Shown: one piece after another, positions 1 through 9,510 of the stretch | Numbering within the stretch: position 1 is the stretch's first letter | Layout: each line of letters begins with the position of its first letter | Assembly: GCA_023433265.1 (NCBI GenBank) | Contig: JAEZDR010000064.1 | Location: 65-64,064, forward strand | DNA: 64,000 nt | Direction: 5' to 3' | Origin: Bacteroidota bacterium | Lineage (GTDB): Bacteria > Bacteroidota > Bacteroidia > Chitinophagales > Chitinophagaceae | Program-made: the position numbers and the translations under genes | The notes under the pieces: generated by a model | What the model saw: only the letters and a program-made list of their open reading frames with translations | What the model was told of the DNA's origin: nothing | The model's database searches: none

Positions 1-761
1 CCCGCATCTGCCGGTAAGGGCAGGCTATCTAAAGCATAGACGCTAACATCGTCCATGTAGTAGGCAGCACCATGGTAGCCCCCGGTGGGATTTACATTTA
101 AATATTGTGTTTGGTTGTCCCATTTAAAGTTGCCCAGAGTCAAATATTGTTCTCTTCCCTCTGCTACAAATACCCCGCTCACTTTTACCCAACCGAGTGT
201 ATCAGTGATAATGGGATTGCCAAAATTTGCTATTTGAGGAGTAGCCGGAAAAACCCCCAGGTTAGCTGCGGTATCTACATATACCTGTGTATCAGTAAAC
301 AGCATTGCGTGATTGTTGCAGGCATATACCATATGATTAATTCTATTTACGAAATACTCAGCATAATAGCATTTGTCTTTTTTTAAACTATCAAGAAGCT
401 TTACCGCGACGTAATTCCGGTGGTTTGTTCCGGGGCTATTCATATAGAAACTCGTCATATATGCGACACCGCTTTTTGCGTATTGAAAGCCTGGACCTGC
501 TACAGTGTAATGGAAAGGCACCCCAAGAGTTCCACTATCTGAGCAAGCGTTGCAATAGTTAGCTTGTCTTTTATCGGGCTTATACCAAACATTTGGACGA
601 TTATCATTGCCAAAAAATGGACAAACTGTATATTCTTCAAAACTTGGATTTGGTACAAGGTTAAAGTTTATCGTTTGGCAAAAACCGATATTCGAGCAAA
701 CAAGGCAAAGCAGGGGTAATAACCCCCGCTTTGCCAATAGAGTTTTTATGCCGTTAAACAT
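1..761 (-). CDS. Secreted protein, N-terminal part only (gene runs off the left edge); signal peptide plus NLVPNPSFEE-type sugar-binding-like domain
   Basis: This gene is absent from the ORF track because no stop codon lies inside the window. Manual reverse translation from the ATG at 761-759 gives MFNGIKTLLAKRGLLPLLCLVCSNIGFCQTINFNLVPNPSFEEYTVCPFFGNDNRPNVWYKPD... and stays open to position 1 (253 codons plus 2 nt). It has a hydrophobic signal peptide. Confidence 0.55.
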   Translation of the reverse strand, partial: MFNGIKTLLAKRGLLPLLCLVCSNIGFCQTINFNLVPNPSFEEYTVCPFFGNDNRPNVWYKPDKRQANYCNACSDSGTLGVPFHYTVAGPGFQYAKSGVAYMTSFYMNSPGTNHRNYVAVKLLDSLKKDKCYYAEYFVNRINHMVYACNNHAMLFTDTQVYVDTAANLGVFPATPQIANFGNPIITDTLGWVKVSGVFVAEGREQYLTLGNFKWDNQTQYLNVNPTGGYHGAAYYMDDVSVYALDSLPLPADA

Positions 762-768
762 TGCAAAA

Positions 769-1416
769 CTATTCAATAATCAATTTTTCAGTCTCTGTTC
801 TTCCATCCCTTGAAACAACCGTTACTAAATAAATGCCTCTGGGAAGTCTTGAAATGTCTATTTGTGCTAAGGCTGTTCCACCAAAAAGCTGGCTAACTTG
901 TCCTCTACCCAGAATATCAACTATAGTTACCTTTCTAATTCCACTGCCACTTATAAACACACTACTGCTAGCAGGATTAGGATAGATTTTTGTTATTCGA
1001 GCTTCCGTATTCTCATCAGAGGGTTTCTTAGGTTGTTTCAGCCTAGTAAATCCTTTGCTACTTTCAGACTCGCCTTCACACTTACCATCAAATTCGTTGA
1101 TTCTTTCAGTAAGTGCATTATAAAGATTGCGAACTGAATAAACCACACTGCCATAAACTTCCGGGCACTGATTAGCCAGCTCTCTGACCTCTTCCAGTTC
1201 AGGTCTATATTCTGGATCGTCGTGCATTTGGAGGAGCCAATCAAAATACTTCCTGAAGCTCTCATCCCCGCGTCCCCAGCCCTTGTCGTCTTTATTAAAG
1301 CTGGTATCCAGCATTCCAGCCTGGCCAAATGTTGTACTTGAAAAACACAAAGAGATGATAGTGTATAGGCATACTAGAACACTATGTTTCCCGGAAAGCT
1401 TAATAGCAGTTTCCAT
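769..1416 (-). CDS. Small secreted T9SS cargo protein (type A C-terminal sorting domain)
   Basis: The ORF spans 769..1485. The likely start is the internal ATG at 1416 (METAIKLSGKHSVLVCLYTIISLCFSSTTFGQ signal peptide). The C-terminus KIYPNPASSSVFISGSG...GIYLVTVVSRDGRTETEKLIIE matches the Por secretion tail pattern. The mature N-terminus AGMLDTSFN echoes the delta-60 genes next door. Confidence 0.6.
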   Translation of the reverse strand: METAIKLSGKHSVLVCLYTIISLCFSSTTFGQAGMLDTSFNKDDKGWGRGDESFRKYFDWLLQMHDDPEYRPELEEVRELANQCPEVYGSVVYSVRNLYNALTERINEFDGKCEGESESSKGFTRLKQPKKPSDENTEARITKIYPNPASSSVFISGSGIRKVTIVDILGRGQVSQLFGGTALAQIDISRLPRGIYLVTVVSRDGRTETEKLIIE

Positions 1417-1470
1417 AAACAGAGTTTGGTGTGGTAAACCTTGAAGGTACCGGTATGCCCGTTGTAAGAA

Positions 1471-1488
1471 TATGACAAAAGTCATTTA
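1471..1488. promoter_or_regulatory. Palindromic operator candidate TATGACAAAAGTCATTTA (core ATGAC-N4-GTCAT)
   Basis: It is a perfect 5+5 inverted repeat, 56-69 nt upstream of the probable start of the 769..1416 gene. It matches the copy at 1677..1694 at 17 of 18 positions. Confidence 0.45.
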
Positions 1489-1676
1489 TGAGTCAATCAA
1501 TGTAATCCACAAAGAGTGGCCTTTAATAAGACACTAAGCGTGCCGTATGATAAGTTGTCCTTTACCCTAGTAATACCGCCTAATAAAAATCCCGGGCTTT
1601 CACCAGGGGCTTCACTATCATAAAAGAGACTTACTCTCCCACAATCTCAAAGCTTTGACTAATTATGCTGTCCGTT

Positions 1677-1694
1677 TATGACGAAAGTCATTTA
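1677..1694. promoter_or_regulatory. Palindromic operator candidate TATGACGAAAGTCATTTA
   Basis: The core ATGACGAAAGTCAT (1678-1691) lies at -64..-51 from the ATG at 1742. It sits 22 nt upstream of the -7-like box TAGTTTCG (1714-1721). Confidence 0.45.
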
Positions 1695-1741
1695 ATGAAT
1701 GATGATCTGGAAATAGTTTCGTAGCACTTGAATTAAGTCGA

Positions 1742-4189
1742 ATGCAACTAACTGCCAAACGTTACCCAACTATCATTGCTGTTTTCGCAGTCATCTTTCT
1801 ATTGACAACATCAAAAACAGTTGCTCAGCCAGGTTTTTTAGATCCTACGTTCAATATCCAAGACAGCGTTGTTGCGAAAGGATTCGACAACCTTGTGAGA
1901 TGTTGCGTTAAACAACCAGATGGCAAATTGCTTGTTGGAGGATATTTCACCAACGTACACGGTGTTAAACGAACATGCATTGCCCGGCTTAATGCTGATG
2001 GGTCTTTAGACCATAGTTTCAAAGACGTTGAATTTAAGAATCCCGGGTACAACTATGGAGCATCAGGACAAATCTATTGTATCGCAATTCAAGCAGACGG
2101 TAAAATTGTTATCGGTGGCGCATTCGACTATGTAGCGGGTATGTTTAGGAAAAACATAGCTAGATTACTACCTAATGGTGATATTGATTCGTTTTTTAAT
2201 TCAGGAACTGGTTTCAACAAAACAGTACTCACTTTAGCTTGCCAGGCCGACGGAAAAATAATTGCCGGCGGAAGTTTTACTAGCTTCAATTCCTTTCCAG
2301 TAGGAAGGATTGCGCGGTTAAACACAGACGGTTCCCTTGAAATTCCTTTTAATACAGGTGTCGGTGCGAATAACAATGTGCAATCAATCTTAATTGACAG
2401 CATCGGACGAATTTATGTCACGGGATCCTTCAGTAACTTTAACAGCATAAGCACCGGAGTTGTTCGCCTATTATCCAATGGAGTGATTGATGGGTCTTAC
2501 AATGTCTCGGTATCAGGGCCTATTGCTTTCTCAGTGCTTAAGCCAACAGGAAAACTAATTTTAGCTGGGTCTGGTGTGCAAAGCGGTACAAAAAAGTACA
2601 TCATTCAACTTGATACAACTGGAGCTGTTGATGCATCTTTTACGTCTCCTGTAAATGTCTGGTCAAATATCTGGAATTTATTGGCCTTAAACGGCAACAA
2701 ATCAGCAGTACTCGGCTCTTTTCCTAAAAACATCATCGTTTTTAATGATAATGGAACAATAGATTCTGCTTTTAATGTGTTGGAAAGCTTTGATTTTTAC
2801 GACATAAAACGGCTACACACATCATGTGATTTAGGGGGAGGTAAACTTTTTGTTGCTGGTGATTTTTCAAGCTATGGAAACCGCAATGCTCAACAATTCG
2901 CTGTTTTTAATAACGACGGTAGCATAGATCAAGACTTTATAAGCCCTGCGTTTGGGCTGAACGAATCCAGTGATCAAGTCACTATCTCACTAGGTCAGCA
3001 AATTTTGGTGTCCGGAGAGTTTAACTTCTACAATCAAAGTAAAAGAAAGTTTTTTGCACGCCTACAACAGAATGGCGATGTTGACACTTTATTTAATTCT
3101 TCCACGGGGCCGAACGCGAAAGTGTCATCGTTAGCAGTCCAGCCCGATGGAAAAGTCATTATTGGAGGCAATTTCTCGCAGATTGATGGTAAAGCTGCAA
3201 AGAACATAGCAAGATTTTACAGCGACGGTTCGTTAGATTCAACGTTCAATCCAACAAATAACATCAGTACCAGTGTTTTCCGCATGGCGTTACAGCAGGA
3301 CGGCAAGATTATAATAGGTAATAACCTCAACGGCTTTATGCGACTTCTGCCAAATGGAAGTGTTGATGCATCCTTCAATTATACTGTTTCGGCTGGGTCT
3401 TCTCTGTATACACAAATAGGGATGCACCAAAATGGAAAGATTATCGTCGCAGGATATTTTTCGTCTTTAGGGGGTTCAACAAGACCTGGTATAGGACGGT
3501 TGAATGTAGACGGAAGTTTAGACAATACATTTAATCCGGTTATAAATGGAAACGCTGTAAGGTGTTTTGCTGTTCAGCCTAATAACAAAATCATCATTGG
3601 TGGCGAATTTACTTCTGTAGGGGGATTCCAACGAAACTCTGTAGCACGGCTCAATTGGGACGGAAGCAATGATTCAACCTTCAATTCAGTGTTTGCGTAT
3701 GGCACAACTATCAACTCAATTTTAGTTCAACCAACTGGTCACATTATCGTAGCTTATGGAAAAGTTGAAGGTGATAATTTTTTCCAAATAGTGCGACTTG
3801 ACAGCTCTGGCAATTACGATTATTCTTTCAACCCGGTAAAGTGCAACGGCACCATTATGCAGATGGCTCTTGACTCACACAGCATAATCGCGGTTGGACG
3901 ATTTTCTTCTATTAACAACACCGTCCGCAACAACATTGCGAAAATCCAGGCGCAGGTATATACCCCCAATTATACATTCAACGGCAATGGGAGTTGGAAT
4001 GATCCTGCTAACTGGCTAGGTGGCCAAATACCTACCAATCCCATTCCTGTAGGTACTGTCGTATTGGTGAATCCTTCAACAGGTGGTAGCTGCACCTTCA
4101 ACGGATCGCTAACTATAAGCTCGGGTGCCACGTTGCTCATCCCTCCAAATGTAAACTTCACCGTTAACGGAAACATTATTTACTTATAG
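1742..4189 (+). CDS. Delta-60-repeat beta-propeller surface protein, paralog 1 (815 aa)
   Basis: The ORF is complete and has a signal peptide (IIAVFAVIFLLTTSKTVAQ). It carries about 12 repeats of a roughly 58-aa unit with the DGKxxxGGxF...ARLxxDGSLDxxFN motif. It ends in the conserved ~75-aa tail YTFNGNGSW...NGNIIYL. Confidence 0.85.
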   Translation: MQLTAKRYPTIIAVFAVIFLLTTSKTVAQPGFLDPTFNIQDSVVAKGFDNLVRCCVKQPDGKLLVGGYFTNVHGVKRTCIARLNADGSLDHSFKDVEFKNPGYNYGASGQIYCIAIQADGKIVIGGAFDYVAGMFRKNIARLLPNGDIDSFFNSGTGFNKTVLTLACQADGKIIAGGSFTSFNSFPVGRIARLNTDGSLEIPFNTGVGANNNVQSILIDSIGRIYVTGSFSNFNSISTGVVRLLSNGVIDGSYNVSVSGPIAFSVLKPTGKLILAGSGVQSGTKKYIIQLDTTGAVDASFTSPVNVWSNIWNLLALNGNKSAVLGSFPKNIIVFNDNGTIDSAFNVLESFDFYDIKRLHTSCDLGGGKLFVAGDFSSYGNRNAQQFAVFNNDGSIDQDFISPAFGLNESSDQVTISLGQQILVSGEFNFYNQSKRKFFARLQQNGDVDTLFNSSTGPNAKVSSLAVQPDGKVIIGGNFSQIDGKAAKNIARFYSDGSLDSTFNPTNNISTSVFRMALQQDGKIIIGNNLNGFMRLLPNGSVDASFNYTVSAGSSLYTQIGMHQNGKIIVAGYFSSLGGSTRPGIGRLNVDGSLDNTFNPVINGNAVRCFAVQPNNKIIIGGEFTSVGGFQRNSVARLNWDGSNDSTFNSVFAYGTTINSILVQPTGHIIVAYGKVEGDNFFQIVRLDSSGNYDYSFNPVKCNGTIMQMALDSHSIIAVGRFSSINNTVRNNIAKIQAQVYTPNYTFNGNGSWNDPANWLGGQIPTNPIPVGTVVLVNPSTGGSCTFNGSLTISSGATLLIPPNVNFTVNGNIIYL

Positions 4190-4201
4190 TACAGTAACAA
4201 A

Positions 4202-4225
4202 AACCCCGGCGCGATGGCCGGGGTT
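4202..4225. terminator. Copy of the rplI terminator hairpin (AACCCCGGC-GCGAT-GCCGGGGTT)
   Basis: The stem-loop is identical to the one at 9511-9531. Further copies lie at about 4380-4401 (one mismatch) and at 6951-6974. The A-run on the plus strand means the T-run is on the minus strand, which is the rplI orientation. Confidence 0.7.
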
Positions 4226-4246
4226 CAGTATTCTCTGAGAGAAGGT

Positions 4247-4369
4247 TTATTCACCTACTACTTCAAACTCCATCTCAGTAACGTTGTTGTTACCAAAGTC
4301 GATGTTTGCTTTGTAAGTGCCTAGTTCTTTTACTTCGTCTACAATGCTTATACGCTTTCGGTTAATCTC
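4247..4369 (-). pseudogene. rplI: Relic of the 3' end of rplI (last 40 codons plus stop)
   Basis: The reverse translation is EINRKRISIVDEVKELGTYKANIDFGNNNVTEMEFEVVGE*. The genuine RplI C-terminus (9554-9676) reads EIDRKRISIVDEVKELGTYKANIDFGNNNVTEMEFEVVGE*. There are 9 nt differences in 123 nt. No upstream coding part is present. Confidence 0.9.
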
Positions 4370-4467
4370 TTAAACGAAAAACCCCGGCGCGATGGTCGGG
4401 GTCAGTATTCTCGGAAAGAAGGTTTATTCACCCACTACTTCAAACGCAGTTTAACTACAGAAAGCAG

Positions 4468-4481
4468 ATGATCAATATCAT
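4468..4481. promoter_or_regulatory. Palindromic operator candidate ATGATCAATATCAT
   Basis: It is a perfect palindrome at -65..-52 from the ATG at 4533. It sits 22 nt upstream of TAGCTTCG (4504-4511). Confidence 0.45.
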
Positions 4482-4532
4482 GTGTTCAGCGAAATATAGC
4501 AAATAGCTTCGTAACACCTGAAAATTTCAAAA

Positions 4533-6938
4533 ATGCTAGCTGCTAAACGTTTCCAAATTATTATACTTTTCACCACAGTTCTTTTTTTGGTTGGTATTGC
4601 TGTTGGTGCTCAACCAGGGTTTGTTGATCCAAGCTTCAATCTTCATGATACGATTTCTGCAAAAGGAACAAATGGATCAGCACGTTGTATTATCAAACAA
4701 CCTGACGGTAAAGTGATCGTAGGAGGTATGTTCTACATCGCAGATGGCGCAAAAAAATTTGGTCTTTTTCGGCTGAACACAGACGGTACGCTCGATGATG
4801 GCTTCAACGTTGATTTTCGGCAGAATAATAACAACTTTCATTACACGGTGTATTGCGGGGCAATTCAACCAGATGGCAAAATAGTCATTGGAGGCGCTTT
4901 TCAAAACATACATGGTTTCCCCCGTCAAAACATTGCGAGACTGCTAACGGATGGCAGTATTGACACATCCTTCGATCCCGGGGCAGTCTTCGGTAGTTAC
5001 GTGTCTGCTATTTCTATTCAACAAGATGGTAAAATAATTGCTGGAGGCTCTTTTAACCAGTTCAATTCTTCACCTGTTAATTATTTGGCTAGATTGAATA
5101 CCAATGGGTCATTAGACATCCTGTTTAGTGCAGGTGGAGGGTTTAATAACAGGGTTAATTCTGTTGCAACCGACGCTACGGGCAGAATTTACGTATCTGG
5201 AGAATTCAATAAATACAGGAGCGTCACTTGTAAAACGCTTGTAAGACTTCTTCCAACCGGCATATTGGATTCTACTTATACTCCGTCATTAGGCGGAGGC
5301 GCATTGTTGCTGCAACCTGACGGAAAGTTGTTGGCTGCTTCACTTGAAAGCAGTCTGCGCAGGTTCAATGAAGATGGGAGCGACGATATAACATTTTTAG
5401 CATCTCCAACCTCCAGTGGTAAAATCAACCACATATCATTTTTGCAAGGAGGCAAAATAGCAATAGCAGGTTCTTTCCTTGAAAAGGTGCTAGTGCTAAA
5501 TGTAAACGGCAACAAAGATGCAGCCTTCAATTTATCCGCGAGCTTCAACGGACCTGTTTTTGCCTGCTGTAGCTTTGGTGTCGACAAACTGCTTGTCGTC
5601 GGGGATTTCACGAGCTATGGCAATAAGAGTTACAGTAGAGTAGCAACAGTGGGTTATAATGGTGAAATCGACTCAACCTTCTCGAACAATGCGCGCGGCT
5701 TTAGCGAACAAGTAGTTACGGTAGCCTTGACTTCAGATAAACGACTGGTCGCAGCAGGAGACTTCAACTTTTATGATCAAAAACACGTGGGTTACCTTGC
5801 CAGATTACATGCTGATGGTCTGCCGGATTCAAGCTTTAATTCTATAATAGGAGCAGATGATCGGATAGCTGGGATAGCGTTACAGCCAGACGGCAAAATT
5901 TTGCTAGGTGGATCGTTCTCTAAATACAATGGAATAGATGCGAAAAATGTTTCGAGATTGTTCAATAACGGTTTAAACGATGGTAGTTTTAATCCGCCCA
6001 CTAATCTAGGTTCAAACATTAGAAGCATTGCAGTGCAGCCAGACGGTAAAATTCTCCTTCTGAGCGTAACGACCAAAGAAATTATACGGCTGCAACCGAA
6101 TGGTAGTATCGACGCTTCTTTCGCATTCCCTACATCACCCTCTAGCTACAAAGTTTTACTGCAGGCAGGGTTACAGCCCGATGGAAAAATTATCATTTGC
6201 GGGTCACTTAGTTCAATTGGAGGAATTACAAGAAGTGGGATCGCCAGACTAAACTCTAATGGCTCGTTAGATAACAGCTTCAATGTAACAGTACAAGGCG
6301 ACGAGGTTCGAAGTTTTCTACTGCGGCCTGATGGCAAAATATATATTCTAGGCAAATTTTCGTCAGTGAATGGAGTGGCTAGCAACGGCTTAGCACGACT
6401 TCACAGTGATGGAACCCTTGATACAACTTTTGAGGCCGCGTTAACGCCTGGCACTATTGTAAGTGCAGCCGTTTGGCACATGGGCTATCTATATTCTACT
6501 TCGTTACTAGATGGGGATCCGGATTATATCACAAAGCTTGTTCGTATGGACAGCACAGGAAATCTGGACTATACTTTCAACCTGGTTAAGATTACCGGCA
6601 TGGTATGGCAACTTTTACCAGACAGCGCACACCTATACGTGGCAGGAAGCTTTACCCGAGTCAATAATACAGTTCGCAACAACATCGCAAAGATTCAAGC
6701 GCAGGTTTACACGCCTAACTATACTTTCAACGGCACTGGCAGCTGGAGCAATTCTGCTAATTGGCTTGGCGGACAAATACCCCCTAATCCCGTTCCGGCA
6801 GGTAGTGTGGTATTGGTGAATCCTTCAACAGGTGGTAGCTGTACCTTCAATGGAGCGCTAACTATAAGCTCGGGTGCCACGTTACTCATCCCTCCAAACG
6901 TAAACTTCATCGTTAACGGAAACATCATTTACCTATAG
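4533..6938 (+). CDS. Delta-60-repeat beta-propeller surface protein, paralog 2 (801 aa)
   Basis: The ORF is complete, has a signal peptide and is collinear with paralog 1. It has the same C-terminal module. Confidence 0.85.
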   Translation: MLAAKRFQIIILFTTVLFLVGIAVGAQPGFVDPSFNLHDTISAKGTNGSARCIIKQPDGKVIVGGMFYIADGAKKFGLFRLNTDGTLDDGFNVDFRQNNNNFHYTVYCGAIQPDGKIVIGGAFQNIHGFPRQNIARLLTDGSIDTSFDPGAVFGSYVSAISIQQDGKIIAGGSFNQFNSSPVNYLARLNTNGSLDILFSAGGGFNNRVNSVATDATGRIYVSGEFNKYRSVTCKTLVRLLPTGILDSTYTPSLGGGALLLQPDGKLLAASLESSLRRFNEDGSDDITFLASPTSSGKINHISFLQGGKIAIAGSFLEKVLVLNVNGNKDAAFNLSASFNGPVFACCSFGVDKLLVVGDFTSYGNKSYSRVATVGYNGEIDSTFSNNARGFSEQVVTVALTSDKRLVAAGDFNFYDQKHVGYLARLHADGLPDSSFNSIIGADDRIAGIALQPDGKILLGGSFSKYNGIDAKNVSRLFNNGLNDGSFNPPTNLGSNIRSIAVQPDGKILLLSVTTKEIIRLQPNGSIDASFAFPTSPSSYKVLLQAGLQPDGKIIICGSLSSIGGITRSGIARLNSNGSLDNSFNVTVQGDEVRSFLLRPDGKIYILGKFSSVNGVASNGLARLHSDGTLDTTFEAALTPGTIVSAAVWHMGYLYSTSLLDGDPDYITKLVRMDSTGNLDYTFNLVKITGMVWQLLPDSAHLYVAGSFTRVNNTVRNNIAKIQAQVYTPNYTFNGTGSWSNSANWLGGQIPPNPVPAGSVVLVNPSTGGSCTFNGALTISSGATLLIPPNVNFIVNGNIIYL

Positions 6939-6950
6939 AAGAGTAACAAA

Positions 6951-6974
6951 AACCCCGGCGCGATGGCCGGGGTT
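6951..6974. terminator. Copy of the rplI terminator hairpin
   Basis: The sequence is AACCCCGGCGCGATGGCCGGGGTT. It is followed by a 20-nt rplI-end relic, ATTCACCTACTACTTCAAAC, at 6995-7014. Confidence 0.65.
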
Positions 6975-7035
6975 CAGTATTCTATGAGAGGAGGATTCAC
7001 CTACTACTTCAAACCTGTTTAACTACAGAAAGCCA

Positions 7036-7049
7036 ATGATCAATATCAT
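7036..7049. promoter_or_regulatory. Palindromic operator candidate ATGATCAATATCAT
   Basis: It is identical to the copy at 4468-4481 and lies at -65..-52 from the ATG at 7101. Confidence 0.45.
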
Positions 7050-7071
7050 GTCTTCAACCAAACACAGCAAA

Positions 7072-7079
7072 TAGCTTTG
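7072..7079 (+). promoter_or_regulatory. Bacteroidota -7 promoter box TAGCTTTG
   Basis: It is a perfect match to the TAnnTTTG consensus, 22 nt upstream of the ATG at 7101. Confidence 0.45.
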
Positions 7080-7100
7080 TAACAACCGAAACCCATAACC

Positions 7101-9497
7101 ATGCTAGTCGCCAACCGTTACAAAATTATTGGAGTTGTTACTGCAATATTCTTGATGCTGACCATTTCGGTTGCAGCTCAGCCGGGTTTGGTGGATGCAG
7201 CTTTTAACCTCAAAGATGTTGTGAAGCCTAAAGGCTTTAATGCTCCAGTTATGTGCAGTGTAACGCAACCTGATGGCAAGGTCTTACTCGGAGGTTTTTT
7301 CTTCATTGCGGATGGCACAAAGAAGCTTGGAATTGCAAGACTAAACATTGATGGCAGCTTAGATAATGGTTTCAACGTAGATTTTCGCCTACCGGAATAC
7401 TCTTCAACTGCATGGGCAGTTTACTCTATGGCTTTACAAGCTGATGGAAAGATTGTAATTGGTGGGCAATTCAGCAATATAGGTGGACTATCCAGGAATA
7501 ACATTGCGCGTTTGCTCCCAAATGGTGATGTTGACTCATCTTTCAATCCCGGGTCGGGATTCAACTCGACTCTCCTCACAGTTAAGTGCCAAAATGACGG
7601 CAAAGTAGTTGCCGGCGGCTTCTTTACCACCTTCAATTCCATTGCGGCGAGTGGATTAGTCCGGCTAAAACATGATGGCTCATTTGACGATACTTTTTCA
7701 ACTACCGGGTGGGGCTCAGGCTCAGTAAGAGCAATCGAAATTAGCACTGATGGTAAAATATATGTGGGAGGCTTCCAATTGAAAAGATTGCTTGCAAATG
7801 GTGAAGTTGATGCTTCTTTCACTTCAGGTTTTACTAAAAGTGTCCAGGCACTGCAACTTCAACAGGATGGTAAACTACTTGTAGGTAGTAACACAATAAG
7901 CGCCGGAACTAACAGTCTTGCCAGGCTAATGCCAGGCGGTAGCATTGACGGCTCTTTCAACCCACCGGTAATTGACGGCACCACCAACCATTTTCAGATC
8001 CTACCGGCAAACAAAATACTTGTCCTGGGATCTTTTGCAGAAAAAGCAATGATCTTAAATGACGACGGAAGTAAGGATGCTGCCTTTGCGATTGCCGCAA
8101 ACTCTACATATAACCAGAAGTTTTCAACTAGCAGCCTTTTTGGAGGTAAGCTACTACTAGCAGGTGACGTTACTTTTTACGCGTCATACGACACCAAAAG
8201 AATAGCGCTTTTTGACTTCAATGGCGTATTAGATTCAGTTTTCCTGAATCCTGCTCTTGGCATCAATCACGCCAGCAGCAACATTGTTGTTCAAACGGAT
8301 CAGAAGGTGCTTATTGCAGGACAGTTCAACTTCTATAACGGCAACCGCAGGAACTTCCTGGCCAGGCTTCATTCTAATGGTGAGCTTGATTCATCGTTTG
8401 CTCCAGGAACTGGTGCAGATTACTTTGTAAACGGTTGAGCACTTCAGCCCGACGGGAAGATTATCATCTCCGGTGCCTTTTCGAAGTATAATGGATTGGT
8501 GTCCAACCAAATTCAACGGTTAGATAGCAGCGGGCTCTTGGACGCAACGTTTAGTGCACCAACGGGGCTTGGCTCGGGAATAAACTGTATTGCTGTTCAA
8601 CCAGACGGAAAGATCGTAATAGCAACTGTGGACAATAAGAAAATTATACGGCTTATGCCGAATGGCAGCACTGACAACTCTTTTAATTCTCCCTCGTCAT
8701 CAAACTTTGTTAGCCTGGAAAGTCTCCAACTTCAACCGGACGGCAAGATAATAGTGGGTGGATCACTTACCAGTTTGGGAGGAGCGGCCAGGACCGGAAT
8801 CGGCCGCCTGAACACAGATGGCACCGTTGATAATGCGTTTAACCCAACGCTAAACGGCACTCATGTTAAAACATTTTGCATCAATGCTGATGGCAAAATT
8901 GTTATTGCGGGGCGCTTCTCTCAGGTAAACGGAGGGGGCAGAAACAGTATTGCGAGACTGAATAGCAATGGTAGCCTCGATACAACATTCAGCTCCCCTT
9001 TTTCTGAAGGCACCGCCATCTATGCAATGCTTCAGCAAACAGGCGGCAAATTGCTTGTCGTATATCAAGATCAAACTGTAGCCAATCTTTCCAGAATGAT
9101 TCGATTGAATACAGACGGCAAACCAGATTATACATTCACTCCTGTATTGTTTGACGGCATACCGCTGTCGCTTGCTTCAGATTCTACAAATGTTTATGCG
9201 ATAGGATCATTTTCCAGGGTCAACACTACTGTCCGCAACAACATCACAAAGATTCAAGCGCAGGTTTACACGCCTACCTATACTTTCAACGGCACTGGCA
9301 ATTGGAGCGATTCTGCTAATTGGCTTGGCGGACAAATACCACCTAATCCCGTTCCAGCAGGTAGTGTGGTATTGGTGAATCCTTCAACAGGTGGTAGCTG
9401 TACCTTCAATGGATCGCTAACAATAAGCCCGGGTGCCACGCTATTAATTCCTCCAAACGTAAACTTCACCGTTAACGGAAACATTATTTACTTATAG
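7101..9497 (+). pseudogene. Delta-60-repeat beta-propeller protein, paralog 3, interrupted by a single in-frame TGA at 8436-8438
   Basis: ORFs 7101..8438 and 8496..9497 are in the same frame. The translation reads ...GADYFVNG*ALQPDGKIIISGAFSKYNGL... and aligns across the stop with paralog 2 (...DRIAGIALQPDGKILLGGSFSKYNGI...). Read through, it would be 798 codons, compared with 801 and 815 aa for the paralogs. Only the first fragment has a signal peptide. Confidence 0.8.
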
Positions 9498-9510
9498 AAC
9501 AATAACAAAA

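Noticed and set aside
105-813. Plus-strand ORFs 105..386 and 607..813 at the left edge
   Set aside because: Their products are low-complexity and Cys/Ile-rich with no motifs. The minus strand carries a continuous 253-codon frame with a signal peptide and a recognisable secreted-protein opening, so these are shadow ORFs.
8436-8480. The TGA at 8436 as a selenocysteine or programmed readthrough codon
   Set aside because: The paralogs have Ile/Leu, not Cys, at this position. Downstream there is only a weak 4-bp CTTC/GAAG stem, with no convincing SECIS-like hairpin. A nonsense mutation or sequencing error is more parsimonious.
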